DNA of 64,000 bases, from the IMG/VR virus record IMGVR_UViG_3300035682_000004; one strand, given 5' to 3'. The notes below the pieces were generated by a model. The model had not been told where the DNA came from. It ran no database searches and worked only from the letters and a program-made list of their open reading frames with translations. The position numbers and the translations under genes are program-made. Of the stretch, positions 19,439 to 28,680 are shown piece by piece (position 1 is the stretch's first letter; each line of letters starts with the position of its first letter). This stretch comes from a virus.

Positions 19439-21292
19439 ATGTTGACATTAGAATCACAAATTCTGAGTGAGATTACTACCCACCTTAAGTACGCGAAGTA
19501 CTTACCCGAAGTAAAAAGAAGAGAAACTTGGGACGAATTAGTTACCCGAAACAAGGAAATGCATACTGAAAAGTATCCGGCATTAAAAGAAGAGATTGAT
19601 TGGGCTTATAAATTTGTGTATGACAAAAAGGTATTACCTTCAATGCGTAGTTTACAATTTGGTGGTAAACCAATTCAAATAAACAATTCAAGAATATTTA
19701 ATTGTTCTTATTTACCAATTGATGACATGGCTGCATTTTCTGAAATTATGTTTTTATTACTTTCAGGATGTGGAGTAGGTTATTCAGTACAACAACACCA
19801 CATTGAAAAATTACCTGAAATTAGAAAACCATTAAAATCTAAAAGATATTTAGTTGGTGACTCAATTGAAGGATGGGCTGACGCAGTTAAAGTATTAATG
19901 AAAGCTTACTTAAGAGGAGGTGCAGCACCTGCTTTTGACTTTAGAGATATTCGTCCTAAAGGAGCTGAGTTAATTACTGTAGGAGGTAAAGCACCAGGTC
20001 CAGAACCATTAAAAATTGCTTTAACACATGTACAAGCTATTTTAGACAGAAAACAAGATGGTCAAAAATTATCATCATTAGAATGTCATGATATTATTTG
20101 TCACTTAGCTGACGCAGTATTATCAGGTGGTATTAGAAGAGCAGCATTAATTTCATTATTTAATTTAGATGATGAAGAAATGTTAACTTGTAAATTTGGA
20201 AATTGGTGGGAAGAAAATCCACAACGTGGAAGAGCAAATAACTCAGCAATGTTGTTACGTTCTAAAATTGAAAAAGATACATTTTTAACATTATGGAAGA
20301 AAATTGAATTAAGTAATAGTGGTGAACCTGGTTTCTTATTCTCAAACGATAAGGACGCAGGTACAAATCCATGTGCTGAAATTAATTTAAAACCAAATCA
20401 ATTCTGTAACTTATGTGAAATCAATGCTTCAGATATTGATACACAAGAAGAATATAATGCGAGAGCTAAAGCAGCATCATTTATTGGAACATTACAGGCT
20501 TCATATACTGATTTTCATTACTTAAGAGATGTTTGGAAGAAAACAACTGAAAAAGAAGCATTATTAGGTATTGGAATGACAGGTATTGCTTCAGGAGCTG
20601 TTTTAAAATTAAACATGAAAGAAGCAGCTAAAGTAGCTGTTGAAGAAAATGAACGTGTAGCTAAAATTATTGGTATTAATAGAGCAGCTCGTGTTACAAC
20701 AGTTAAGCCATCAGGTACTACAAGTTTAGTATTAGGTACTTCATCTGGTATTCATGCTTGGCATGATGAGTTTTATGCTAGAAGAATTAGAGTAGGCAAA
20801 AACGAAGCGTTATATACTTACTTAAGTATCTATCACCCAGAATTATTAGAAGATGATTTCTTTAAACCAACTATTCAAGCTGTAATTTCAGTTCCACAAA
20901 AAGCACCTCAAGGAGCAATTACACGTTCAGAATCAGCTATTGATTTATTAGAACGTATTAAAACAATTAATAAAAATTGGATCAAACCAGGACATAGAAG
21001 AGGAGCTAACATGCATAATGTTTCTGCTACAGTAACTCTTAAACCTGATGAGTGGGAATCAATTGGAGAGTGGTTATTCGAAAATAAAGAATATTTTACA
21101 GCATTATCAGTTCTACCACATTCAGATCACACTTACGTTCAAGCACCATTTGAAACCATAGATGAGGACAAATTTAATGAAATGGTAAAAAGTTTACATA
21201 ACATTGACTTATCTAAAGTAATAGAAATGAATGACAACACAGCAAGACAAGACGAACTCGCCTGTGCCGGAGGAAATTGCGAAGTCCAATAA
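19439..21292 (+). CDS. nrdJ: Class II (AdoCbl-dependent) ribonucleotide reductase
   Basis: FNCSY, TNPCAEI, FCNLCE, TTVKPSGT, C-terminal CAGGNC; no beta-subunit gene in window. Confidence 0.88.
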   Translation: MLTLESQILSEITTHLKYAKYLPEVKRRETWDELVTRNKEMHTEKYPALKEEIDWAYKFVYDKKVLPSMRSLQFGGKPIQINNSRIFNCSYLPIDDMAAFSEIMFLLLSGCGVGYSVQQHHIEKLPEIRKPLKSKRYLVGDSIEGWADAVKVLMKAYLRGGAAPAFDFRDIRPKGAELITVGGKAPGPEPLKIALTHVQAILDRKQDGQKLSSLECHDIICHLADAVLSGGIRRAALISLFNLDDEEMLTCKFGNWWEENPQRGRANNSAMLLRSKIEKDTFLTLWKKIELSNSGEPGFLFSNDKDAGTNPCAEINLKPNQFCNLCEINASDIDTQEEYNARAKAASFIGTLQASYTDFHYLRDVWKKTTEKEALLGIGMTGIASGAVLKLNMKEAAKVAVEENERVAKIIGINRAARVTTVKPSGTTSLVLGTSSGIHAWHDEFYARRIRVGKNEALYTYLSIYHPELLEDDFFKPTIQAVISVPQKAPQGAITRSESAIDLLERIKTINKNWIKPGHRRGANMHNVSATVTLKPDEWESIGEWLFENKEYFTALSVLPHSDHTYVQAPFETIDEDKFNEMVKSLHNIDLSKVIEMNDNTARQDELACAGGNCEVQ

Positions 21293-21434
21293 CACTCAAG
21301 ATTACTATATAGAAAATGGGTATCGTGTTCTCACGGCCCATTTTCTTATTAATCGTGGTTATTGTTGTGGAAATGGTTGTCGACATTGTCCTTACCATCC
21401 ACAACATATAAAAGGTACTCAAACTTTACAATAG
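21231..21434 (+). CDS. Small Cys-rich DUF5522-like protein
   Basis: RGYCCGNGCRHCPY; start uncertain (ATG 21231 or GTG 21264), overlaps nrdJ. Confidence 0.75.
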   Translation: MTTQQDKTNSPVPEEIAKSNNTQDYYIENGYRVLTAHFLINRGYCCGNGCRHCPYHPQHIKGTQTLQ

Positions 21435-21435
21435 G

Positions 21436-21467
21436 CTTGGCTTCCCTAAATATCTTTGTTATGTTTA
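21436..21467 (+). promoter_or_regulatory. Bacteroidota-type promoter
   Basis: CTTG-N20-TATGTTTA, 4 nt before ATG. Confidence 0.65.
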
Positions 21468-21471
21468 GGAT

Positions 21472-22644
21472 ATGAATATAGATTTAAGTAAAATAGCCAA
21501 GAAATTAATGTTAGATGAACCGTTTTATGGTTTGTTCCTATTAACATTAAACAAACGAGAAAACACAAACATTCCAACTGCTTGTGTATCATTACAAGGT
21601 ATTAACCAATCTTTAGAGATTAATCCGGAGTATTGGAATTCATTACCTGAACTTCAACGAGTAGGATTATTAAAACATGAATTGTTACATATCATGTTTC
21701 ATCACTTCCTATTAGACACAACAATGTATCCGGATGCTAAACTAAGAAACATAGCCGCAGATATAGAAATCAATCAATTTATAGACGAACAAAACAAATC
21801 AAAGGAGTGGTTAAGTTTAACTTCAGTTCCTAATTTAGTTTTACCTGAAAAAGCGGGTACAAGAGTTTATTATGATATGATTAAGGATAAAGCATCAACT
21901 TGTCCTCAAGTTCAAGAATGGCTTGATGGATTAGGAGATGATAGTTGTGAATTTGCTGATGGTCATGAAATGTGGGGTGATCCAAATATGGATGAAGCAA
22001 CTAAAAAATTAATTGGTAAACAATTAGAACATCAAGTAAAAGAGATTGCTGAACATTTAGATAAAAAAGGTTCTAATTTTAGAGGTACATTACCTGGTTC
22101 ATTAGTAGAATGGATTGATAGTTTATTTGAATTGCCAATACCAGTTACTGATTGGAAATCATATTTTAAACGTTTTATATCATCATCAGATAAAGTAGTT
22201 ACTAAAAAATCTAGAAACAAATACAATAAACGTTTTCCAGGCAACCCAGCTCTAAAAATTAAACATAAGAAAAATATATTAGTAGCAATTGATACTTCAG
22301 GTTCAGTTAGTAGTGATAATTTAGTTGAGTTTTTAGGTCAATTATTACATATTCATAAAACAGGTCATGAAGTAACAGTAATGGAATGTGATGCTAAAAT
22401 TACTAATATATTTAAATATAAAGGAGATAAAGAGATTGCTATTACAGGTAGAGGAGGAACAGATTTTCAACCAGCAATTGATTATTTTAATCAGCATATT
22501 CAAACATATAACACATTAGTATTTTTTACAGATGGTTATGCACCTGCTCCTACACCTCCTAAACGTCCAATGTTATGGGTAATGACAAAAGATGGTGAAA
22601 CTAAAACAACAAAATTTCCAGGCAAAGTAGTACACATGAATTAA
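21472..22644 (+). CDS. DUF2201-like metallopeptidase fused to vWA domain
   Basis: HELLH..NIAADIEIN; MIDAS DTSGS, GRGGTDF, FTDG. Confidence 0.88.
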   Translation: MNIDLSKIAKKLMLDEPFYGLFLLTLNKRENTNIPTACVSLQGINQSLEINPEYWNSLPELQRVGLLKHELLHIMFHHFLLDTTMYPDAKLRNIAADIEINQFIDEQNKSKEWLSLTSVPNLVLPEKAGTRVYYDMIKDKASTCPQVQEWLDGLGDDSCEFADGHEMWGDPNMDEATKKLIGKQLEHQVKEIAEHLDKKGSNFRGTLPGSLVEWIDSLFELPIPVTDWKSYFKRFISSSDKVVTKKSRNKYNKRFPGNPALKIKHKKNILVAIDTSGSVSSDNLVEFLGQLLHIHKTGHEVTVMECDAKITNIFKYKGDKEIAITGRGGTDFQPAIDYFNQHIQTYNTLVFFTDGYAPAPTPPKRPMLWVMTKDGETKTTKFPGKVVHMN

Positions 22645-22645
22645 T

Positions 22646-22891
22646 ATGGAATTAGAATTTAATCTTGAATCTGTTGAACGATTAGTCAGTATGATTAAAT
22701 CAGACGACCACGACAATTTAGTAATGGCTATGACCATTCTATTTAACTTAAATGATGAACAAGCTGATATTAAAGCAACTAAAACAGAGTTATATCAATT
22801 AGTAATTGATGTGCATAGTTGGGGTAAATTTATTGAGTTATATAAAAAGAACATTGAAATATATGAACCAGAAAGTTTGGCTTCCCAATAA
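22646..22891 (+). CDS. Hypothetical protein
   Basis: 81-aa ORF filling gap in operon. Confidence 0.6.
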   Translation: MELEFNLESVERLVSMIKSDDHDNLVMAMTILFNLNDEQADIKATKTELYQLVIDVHSWGKFIELYKKNIEIYEPESLASQ

Positions 22892-22907
22892 ATCTTTGTT
22901 ATATTTA
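22876..22907 (+). promoter_or_regulatory. Bacteroidota-type promoter
   Basis: TTTG-N20-TATATTTA. Confidence 0.75.
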
Positions 22908-22934
22908 GGTATAAAGAAATAAAAGATAAAAATT

Positions 22935-24149
22935 ATGGCAAAAGGTTCTAAAAAAAGTACGGAGACTTCATCATCAAATCAAGTATCCCTAAATCCAAAG
23001 GATTTAAAATCATTCCTAAATCACATTGTTAGTAACAATCGATTTCTTCAGGAACAAGGCAAACCAGTAGTGAGTGTTGAAGTAGTAGGAGAAAGTGGTA
23101 TTGGAAAAACATCATCAATTATTCAATTATCAAAAGAGTTGAATGTAGATTTTGTTAAGTTAAATTTAGCTCAAATTGAAGAGTTAGGAGACATAGTAGG
23201 TTTTCCAATCAGACAATTTGAAGTATGTCAAAACGAGGAAGAGAAATGTGTTTGGATTGATGAACATGCAGTAGATGAATACACTAAATTAGGGTATAAA
23301 TTTACAGGTAAAAATCGAATGAGTTATTGTCCACCTGAGTGGATTAGTGGTAAAACAAAAGGTGGTATTCTATTATTAGATGACTGGAATAGAGCTGATA
23401 TGAGATTCATACAAGCTGTAATGGAGTTAATTGATAGACAAGAATACATTAGCTGGAAACTACCTAAAGACTGGCATATCATATTAACAAGTAATCCTGA
23501 TACAGATGATTATATTGTTAATTCAATTGACTCCGCTCAAAAAACACGATTCATCTCAGTTAATTTAAAGTATGATGTTTCATGTTGGGCAGAATGGGCT
23601 GAACAAAATCAATTAGATAACAGATGTATTAATTTTATGTTACTACATCCTGAACTAATTACCAAAAATGTCAATCCAAGAAGTACATCAATGTTTTTTA
23701 ATTCAATATCATCATTAGAATCATTTGATAAATCATTACCATTAATTCAAATGATTGGAGAAGGTAGTGTTGGTGTTGAATTTGCAAGTATGTTCACAAT
23801 GTTTATCAATAACAAATTAGATAAATTAGTAAAAATACATGATGTATTATTTCATGACAATGAAAAATATATTTTAGGTGAATTAAAAGGATGTATTGGA
23901 TCTGACAAAAATTATAGAGCAGATATTGCCTCAACGTTAGCAACCAGATTAATCAATTATAGTTTATTTTATTCAAGTGATAATAAAATAGATGATAGCT
24001 TAATTAATCGAATTAAAGAGATTATCATAGGAGATATATTTGCAGTTGATTTAAAGTACCATATTGTAAAGTCAATCTATAATGGTGATGCTAATAAGTT
24101 TAAAAGCTTAATGTTAAAGAAAGAGTTGGTTTCATATTTAATGAAGTAA
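22935..24149 (+). CDS. MoxR-like AAA+ ATPase
   Basis: GESGIGKT, LLLDDWNRA, TSNP, TRF, NPRS. Confidence 0.85.
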   Translation: MAKGSKKSTETSSSNQVSLNPKDLKSFLNHIVSNNRFLQEQGKPVVSVEVVGESGIGKTSSIIQLSKELNVDFVKLNLAQIEELGDIVGFPIRQFEVCQNEEEKCVWIDEHAVDEYTKLGYKFTGKNRMSYCPPEWISGKTKGGILLLDDWNRADMRFIQAVMELIDRQEYISWKLPKDWHIILTSNPDTDDYIVNSIDSAQKTRFISVNLKYDVSCWAEWAEQNQLDNRCINFMLLHPELITKNVNPRSTSMFFNSISSLESFDKSLPLIQMIGEGSVGVEFASMFTMFINNKLDKLVKIHDVLFHDNEKYILGELKGCIGSDKNYRADIASTLATRLINYSLFYSSDNKIDDSLINRIKEIIIGDIFAVDLKYHIVKSIYNGDANKFKSLMLKKELVSYLMK

Positions 24150-24153
24150 GAAC

Positions 24154-25185
24154 ATGATATATTTTTATAAAAGCGGTTGGATAGACAACAGAAACATTAT
24201 TGTAGATTCAAGTACTATATATGGTTACTTAAATGAGTCAGATGTTAATAGTTTTAAAGCTAGTTTATTTAATTTTAAAAACAATAAAATTGAAGATGGT
24301 GATGTAGTTTGTTTTGGTAAAGATAATATTACTAGAGATAAGTTAAAAGATTTAAATGAACGAGTTAAATTTAAACGAGTAACAGATGAATCTAAAGCTG
24401 ATACATTAGTAATAGATGATATTTGGTTTTATGATAAAATAAAAGAGTCGAACTTAGTAGAATATTCATTTTTACCTTGTAATATAAAAACTAAATTACA
24501 TAGTAATGATCCATTTGTAAAAACAAATAATGTTGAAGTTTGCCTTGGAACAACAGAACATGTTAAGAGATATGGTAATCCTAAATTATCAATTGCAAAT
24601 CCAATTGTAAAATCTTATTATCAAATTGTAAATTCATATGTGTATAATAGAGATAGGTCAATTAATATAATTGTTGAAGAAGAGAGAGGAATGAATTTAG
24701 TTATATCAAAACTAAAACAAATTGCTAATTCATTAACAACAACTAAAAAAATTGTTTTAGCAAGTTCATTACAACATCAATTTAATGAAGATAGTATTGA
24801 ATTAAATGAGGAAACATATGAAACGTTAAAATCTATGTTTGCATCTTCAGATACAGAAAATACATTATTAGCTTTAGAAATTTTAGCAAACGCAAAAATA
24901 CCTGAAGAAAATAGAGTGTTAGTAACATTATTATTGTATAACAATCATTATGGTATAACTCCACTTGTTAAAACAAATAATATTAATAAGTTCTTAAAAT
25001 TATATAAATACGAGTATAAGTTAGGAAGAGAGCCAATGAGTCATGTGATGGGTTTATTAATGGATAAATATTACTCACCTAAATTTGAATCATTTATTAA
25101 AGCATTAATAGTTGATTATATCAATAAGCATTTACTTAATGATAAATCGTCAAAACATAGAATCTCAGCCATAGAGTTATCTTAA
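24154..25185 (+). CDS. Hypothetical protein
   Basis: 343-aa ORF directly after the AAA ATPase. Confidence 0.65.
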   Translation: MIYFYKSGWIDNRNIIVDSSTIYGYLNESDVNSFKASLFNFKNNKIEDGDVVCFGKDNITRDKLKDLNERVKFKRVTDESKADTLVIDDIWFYDKIKESNLVEYSFLPCNIKTKLHSNDPFVKTNNVEVCLGTTEHVKRYGNPKLSIANPIVKSYYQIVNSYVYNRDRSINIIVEEERGMNLVISKLKQIANSLTTTKKIVLASSLQHQFNEDSIELNEETYETLKSMFASSDTENTLLALEILANAKIPEENRVLVTLLLYNNHYGITPLVKTNNINKFLKLYKYEYKLGREPMSHVMGLLMDKYYSPKFESFIKALIVDYINKHLLNDKSSKHRISAIELS

Positions 25186-25191
25186 ATTAGG

Positions 25192-25223
25192 TTTGGCCTT
25201 CGGGCCATTCCTTATTACATTTA
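25192..25223 (+). promoter_or_regulatory. Bacteroidota-type promoter overlapping a cUUCGg hairpin
   Basis: TTTG-N20-TACATTTA; TGGCC-TTCG-GGCCA at 25194-25207. Confidence 0.7.
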
Positions 25224-25227
25224 AACA

Positions 25228-25737
25228 ATGACAGTAAAAGATATATTAAAAGAATTAGGATTTAATCATAAGATTAAAGCACCTCAAAAACCTAAATGGA
25301 ATGGAGCTAATAAATTTTATTGGTGGAGACGATTTCCAATCCATAAAGATCTCCACAAATACCAACCACTACAAAACAAAATAGATAACGGAGATTTTGA
25401 TTATACTCCTTATGCTAAGTATATAGATTATGAGCATTATTGGATGGCTGAAGAAATTTTAGCTATTAGAGAGCAAAATCTACGATTTAACATCAGACGA
25501 GAAAAAGAAGATGAAATCATAGTATCATATGCTAAACGTTTAAAACATTTAAGAGAAGATATGATGAAAGATGAGTTTAATCGTATTAAAGATTTTAAAG
25601 AAGCATTAAGGTATCATTTAGGTGGTACTAAAGATTTAGCAAATGATTATGTTGAGGAAATAGAAGGTACTTTAACTGAGATAGCTTCACATTATCCAAA
25701 ATGGTTAGAACAAAGAAAATTAAGTTTGGCAAATTAA
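25228..25737 (+). CDS. Hypothetical protein
   Basis: 169 aa, FYWWRRF motif; own promoter. Confidence 0.65.
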   Translation: MTVKDILKELGFNHKIKAPQKPKWNGANKFYWWRRFPIHKDLHKYQPLQNKIDNGDFDYTPYAKYIDYEHYWMAEEILAIREQNLRFNIRREKEDEIIVSYAKRLKHLREDMMKDEFNRIKDFKEALRYHLGGTKDLANDYVEEIEGTLTEIASHYPKWLEQRKLSLAN

Positions 25738-25757
25738 TAAAATCTTTTATATTTATA
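25725..25757 (+). promoter_or_regulatory. Promoter of deazaguanine operon (matches both motif classes)
   Basis: TTTG-N19-TATATTTA, continuing as ATATTTATA. Confidence 0.65.
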
Positions 25758-25769
25758 TAAAATAAAGTT

Positions 25770-26564
25770 ATGCAAGTATCACATGAACTCCCTCTCAATT
25801 TATTAAACAAATCTTATTCATGGAATGACTATGACTATTGTCTTCCTCATTTAATTGATAAACATACAGCATATAAAGAATACTTTACTAGAGCTAGAAA
25901 TCATGGTCGTTTTATAATTTGTGATAATGGTTTATTTGAAGGTGTGACTCACACTGAAAAAGATTTAATTGAAAAAATTAATCTAATCAAACCAGATATT
26001 TTTATTGTTCCTGATGAATGGAATGATACAGCTATTACTCATAGAAATGCTAAATATTGGATGAATACACTTAGAGCTCAGTTACCTGAAAAAACTGAAT
26101 TAATGGTAGTAATGCAAGGACATACATTAGGAGATTTTATGAATCTATATAATCAGTGTGTTGCTTTAGGTTATACTCATTTTGCATTTAATCATTCATC
26201 TATATATTACCAACATGATGGTTATCATCCAAATCCATTAGTGAATCAAATGATAAATAGAATTTATGTAATTTCTAGATTATATAAAGAAAAAATTATT
26301 AAAGATAGTCATTATGTTCACTTATTAGGAGCCTCGTTACCTCAAGAATTCCTATATTATAATGATCCAAAATATGCTTTTATTAAGTCTGTCGACACAT
26401 CTAATCCGGTTATTGTAGGCGCGTTAGGTCAGTTTTATGAGGAATATGGTTTATTAACTAAACCAAAAAATAAAATTGAAGAGTTTATGGAGAAAGAATT
26501 TAGTAAAAAAGAAATAGAAGTTATACAAAGTAACATTAACAAATTTAAATCGTTTATAAAATGA
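25770..26564 (+). CDS. TGT-fold deazaguanine transglycosylase-like protein (DpdA family)
   Basis: IICDNGLFE, VPD, VVMQG, VHLLG, SVDTSNP match TGT-barrel motifs; heads the queCDE/folE cluster. Confidence 0.72.
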   Translation: MQVSHELPLNLLNKSYSWNDYDYCLPHLIDKHTAYKEYFTRARNHGRFIICDNGLFEGVTHTEKDLIEKINLIKPDIFIVPDEWNDTAITHRNAKYWMNTLRAQLPEKTELMVVMQGHTLGDFMNLYNQCVALGYTHFAFNHSSIYYQHDGYHPNPLVNQMINRIYVISRLYKEKIIKDSHYVHLLGASLPQEFLYYNDPKYAFIKSVDTSNPVIVGALGQFYEEYGLLTKPKNKIEEFMEKEFSKKEIEVIQSNINKFKSFIK

Positions 26565-26761
26565 GAAGATTAATTGATTGGATTAAAAGAAAACAAGACA
26601 TTATATTGTTTTACCTTGCAGGATTATCTGTTTGGGTTTTATTAACTGTATTTATAGAATCTTATAAACAAGATCTTAAATATAAAGAAATGCAATACAA
26701 ACGTGATAGTATAGATTACGAATTAAAGAAACAAGATTACGAATTTTTTAAACAACAATAA
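26561..26761 (+). CDS. Small single-TM protein
   Basis: Hydrophobic stretch ILFYLAGLSVWVLLTVFI. Confidence 0.55.
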   Translation: MRRLIDWIKRKQDIILFYLAGLSVWVLLTVFIESYKQDLKYKEMQYKRDSIDYELKKQDYEFFKQQ

Positions 26762-26762
26762 A

Positions 26763-27617
26763 ATGAAAAAACAAGCAGTATTATCATTAAGTGGAGGAAT
26801 GGATAGTTCTAGCTTACTGCTTCATCTACTTGCCAATGGCTATGAAGTAACAGCATTATCCTTTGACTATGGTCAAAAACACAATGTGGAATTAGAACGA
26901 GCTAAGGAATTAGTTGATTATTTAAATAGTAAAGCAGATGAAGTTAAATACAAATCTGAAACATCAGAAGTTATTTTACATCATTTTCTTAGAGTTAAAC
27001 ATCAAGTAATTACTTTAGATGGTTTAGCTCAATTATTAAATTCATCATTAGTATCAGGTGGTTCTGAAGTACCTGAAGGTCATTATGCTGAAGAAAATAT
27101 GAAAGCAACTGTAGTACCTAATCGTAACAAAATATTCAGTTCAATTATTCAAGCAGTTGCATTATCAATTGCTGAACAAAAGAATACTGAGTGTGTAATT
27201 GCTATGGGTATACACGCAGGTGACCATCAGATCTATCCAGATTGTAGACAAGAGTTTCGTGATATTGATTATGAAGCATTTAAAGCTGGTAATTGGGGTG
27301 CTGAGAAGGTAACATATTATACTCCGTACTTAACCGGTGATAAATACACTATATTAGAGGATGGCGCAGCGTGTTGCAATACATTAGGCCTTGACTTTAA
27401 CGCAGTATATAGCCGGACTAATACGTCTTATAAGCCGTATCCGTCAGGCAATTCAGATTATAAATCAGCATCATCAGTTGAACGTGTTGAGGCATTTATT
27501 AAATTAGGTCGTCCTGATCCTGTTCAATATGAAGATGAAACTGGATTAGTTAATTGGGAAACAGTAGTTCAATATGTACAAAATATCTTAACCAGCCATG
27601 AAGCAACCAGATCCTAA
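26763..27617 (+). CDS. queC: 7-cyano-7-deazaguanine synthase (Zn-site Cys absent)
   Basis: SGGMDS PP-loop, FDYGQKH, VPNRN, YPDCR. Confidence 0.92.
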   Translation: MKKQAVLSLSGGMDSSSLLLHLLANGYEVTALSFDYGQKHNVELERAKELVDYLNSKADEVKYKSETSEVILHHFLRVKHQVITLDGLAQLLNSSLVSGGSEVPEGHYAEENMKATVVPNRNKIFSSIIQAVALSIAEQKNTECVIAMGIHAGDHQIYPDCRQEFRDIDYEAFKAGNWGAEKVTYYTPYLTGDKYTILEDGAACCNTLGLDFNAVYSRTNTSYKPYPSGNSDYKSASSVERVEAFIKLGRPDPVQYEDETGLVNWETVVQYVQNILTSHEATRS

Positions 27618-27753
27618 ATTACATCAATATATTAGTTTTCTTAAATCAGGAATTAGAATATTAGGTTATATTACTTTACCTTTTAACTTGGCTCTAGCAG
27701 CTGTTATACTTATATTAAGTGAGTTAATTGGTATTGTAGAGGAATTAGTATGA
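27598..27753 (+). CDS. 51-aa membrane protein (not in ORF track)
   Basis: MKQPDPKLHQYISFLKSGIRILG..SELIGIVEELV; ATGA overlap with next gene. Confidence 0.65.
   Translation: MKQPDPKLHQYISFLKSGIRILGYITLPFNLALAAVILILSELIGIVEELV
27687..27718 (+). promoter_or_regulatory. Bacteroidota-type promoter (intragenic)
   Basis: CTTG-N20-TATATTAA. Confidence 0.55.
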
Positions 27754-27947
27754 AAAAACAAAAAGAAGAGAAACAACCATTTTATATAGTTTTGAATAAG
27801 AATGGAGAGGTGTTTGTAGGCTTATTAGGTGGTCAATCAGTTTGGTCAGCTAATTGGGATGAAGCAAAACCACTCCTATATTCAAGTACAAAATATTTAA
27901 AACAACAAAATAAAGAAATAGAATTAATAGACGAAAAACAATTTTAA
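27750..27947 (+). CDS. Hypothetical protein
   Basis: 65-aa ORF in operon. Confidence 0.6.
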   Translation: MKKQKEEKQPFYIVLNKNGEVFVGLLGGQSVWSANWDEAKPLLYSSTKYLKQQNKEIELIDEKQF

Positions 27948-27948
27948 T

Positions 27949-28194
27949 ATGAAAGGATTTATATACTTCAGTGCTGAATGGTGTCAACCATGTAAAATAT
28001 TAGGCCCAATTATGGAACAAGTTGCTAAACAAGTTCCAGTAAATAAAGTAAATGTAGACTATGATGTCACATTAACTAAACAATATAATATAACAAGTGT
28101 TCCTACTGTTGTTTTAGTAGATGGAGTTGAAAAAGCTAGATTTATAGGAGTAAAACCAATAAATGATATAGTAAATTTCTATAATAATAATTAA
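27949..28194 (+). CDS. Thioredoxin
   Basis: FSAEWCQPCK, SVPT. Confidence 0.9.
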   Translation: MKGFIYFSAEWCQPCKILGPIMEQVAKQVPVNKVNVDYDVTLTKQYNITSVPTVVLVDGVEKARFIGVKPINDIVNFYNNN

Positions 28195-28195
28195 T

Positions 28196-28675
28196 ATGGC
28201 TAGATATATTTCAACGAAAGTATTTGACAATTATTCAGTTGCAATAAGACAATGGAAAGCACAGCATTCACATTGTCAATTATTACATGGTTATGGAATT
28301 TACTTTAAAGTATGGTTTGCATCTAACCAACCAGATTTAGACAAACAATTAGATGAAATGAATTGGATTGTTGATTTTGGAGGATTTAAATCAAAACCAG
28401 TAGGAAATGGATTAAAAGATTGGATGGACCATATGTGGGACCATACATTACTAGTTGAAAAAGATGATCCATTTGCTGATGTATTTGAACAATTAGGACA
28501 AATGGGATTAGCTAAAGTTCATTTAATGGATAAAATGGGTTGCGAATCATTAGCTAAATTAGTTTCAGATAAATTTAATGAAGTATTATCTAATACAGAT
28601 GGCGCTAGATGTAAAGTAATTAAAGTAGAGTGTTTTGAACACGGTAAGAATTCATCAATTTTTGAAGCAGAATAA
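28196..28675 (+). CDS. queD: 6-carboxy-tetrahydropterin synthase
   Basis: SHCQLLHGY, VDFG, WDHTLL, GCESLA, ECFEH; cluster context. Confidence 0.88.
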   Translation: MARYISTKVFDNYSVAIRQWKAQHSHCQLLHGYGIYFKVWFASNQPDLDKQLDEMNWIVDFGGFKSKPVGNGLKDWMDHMWDHTLLVEKDDPFADVFEQLGQMGLAKVHLMDKMGCESLAKLVSDKFNEVLSNTDGARCKVIKVECFEHGKNSSIFEAE

Positions 28676-28680
28676 TAGTT

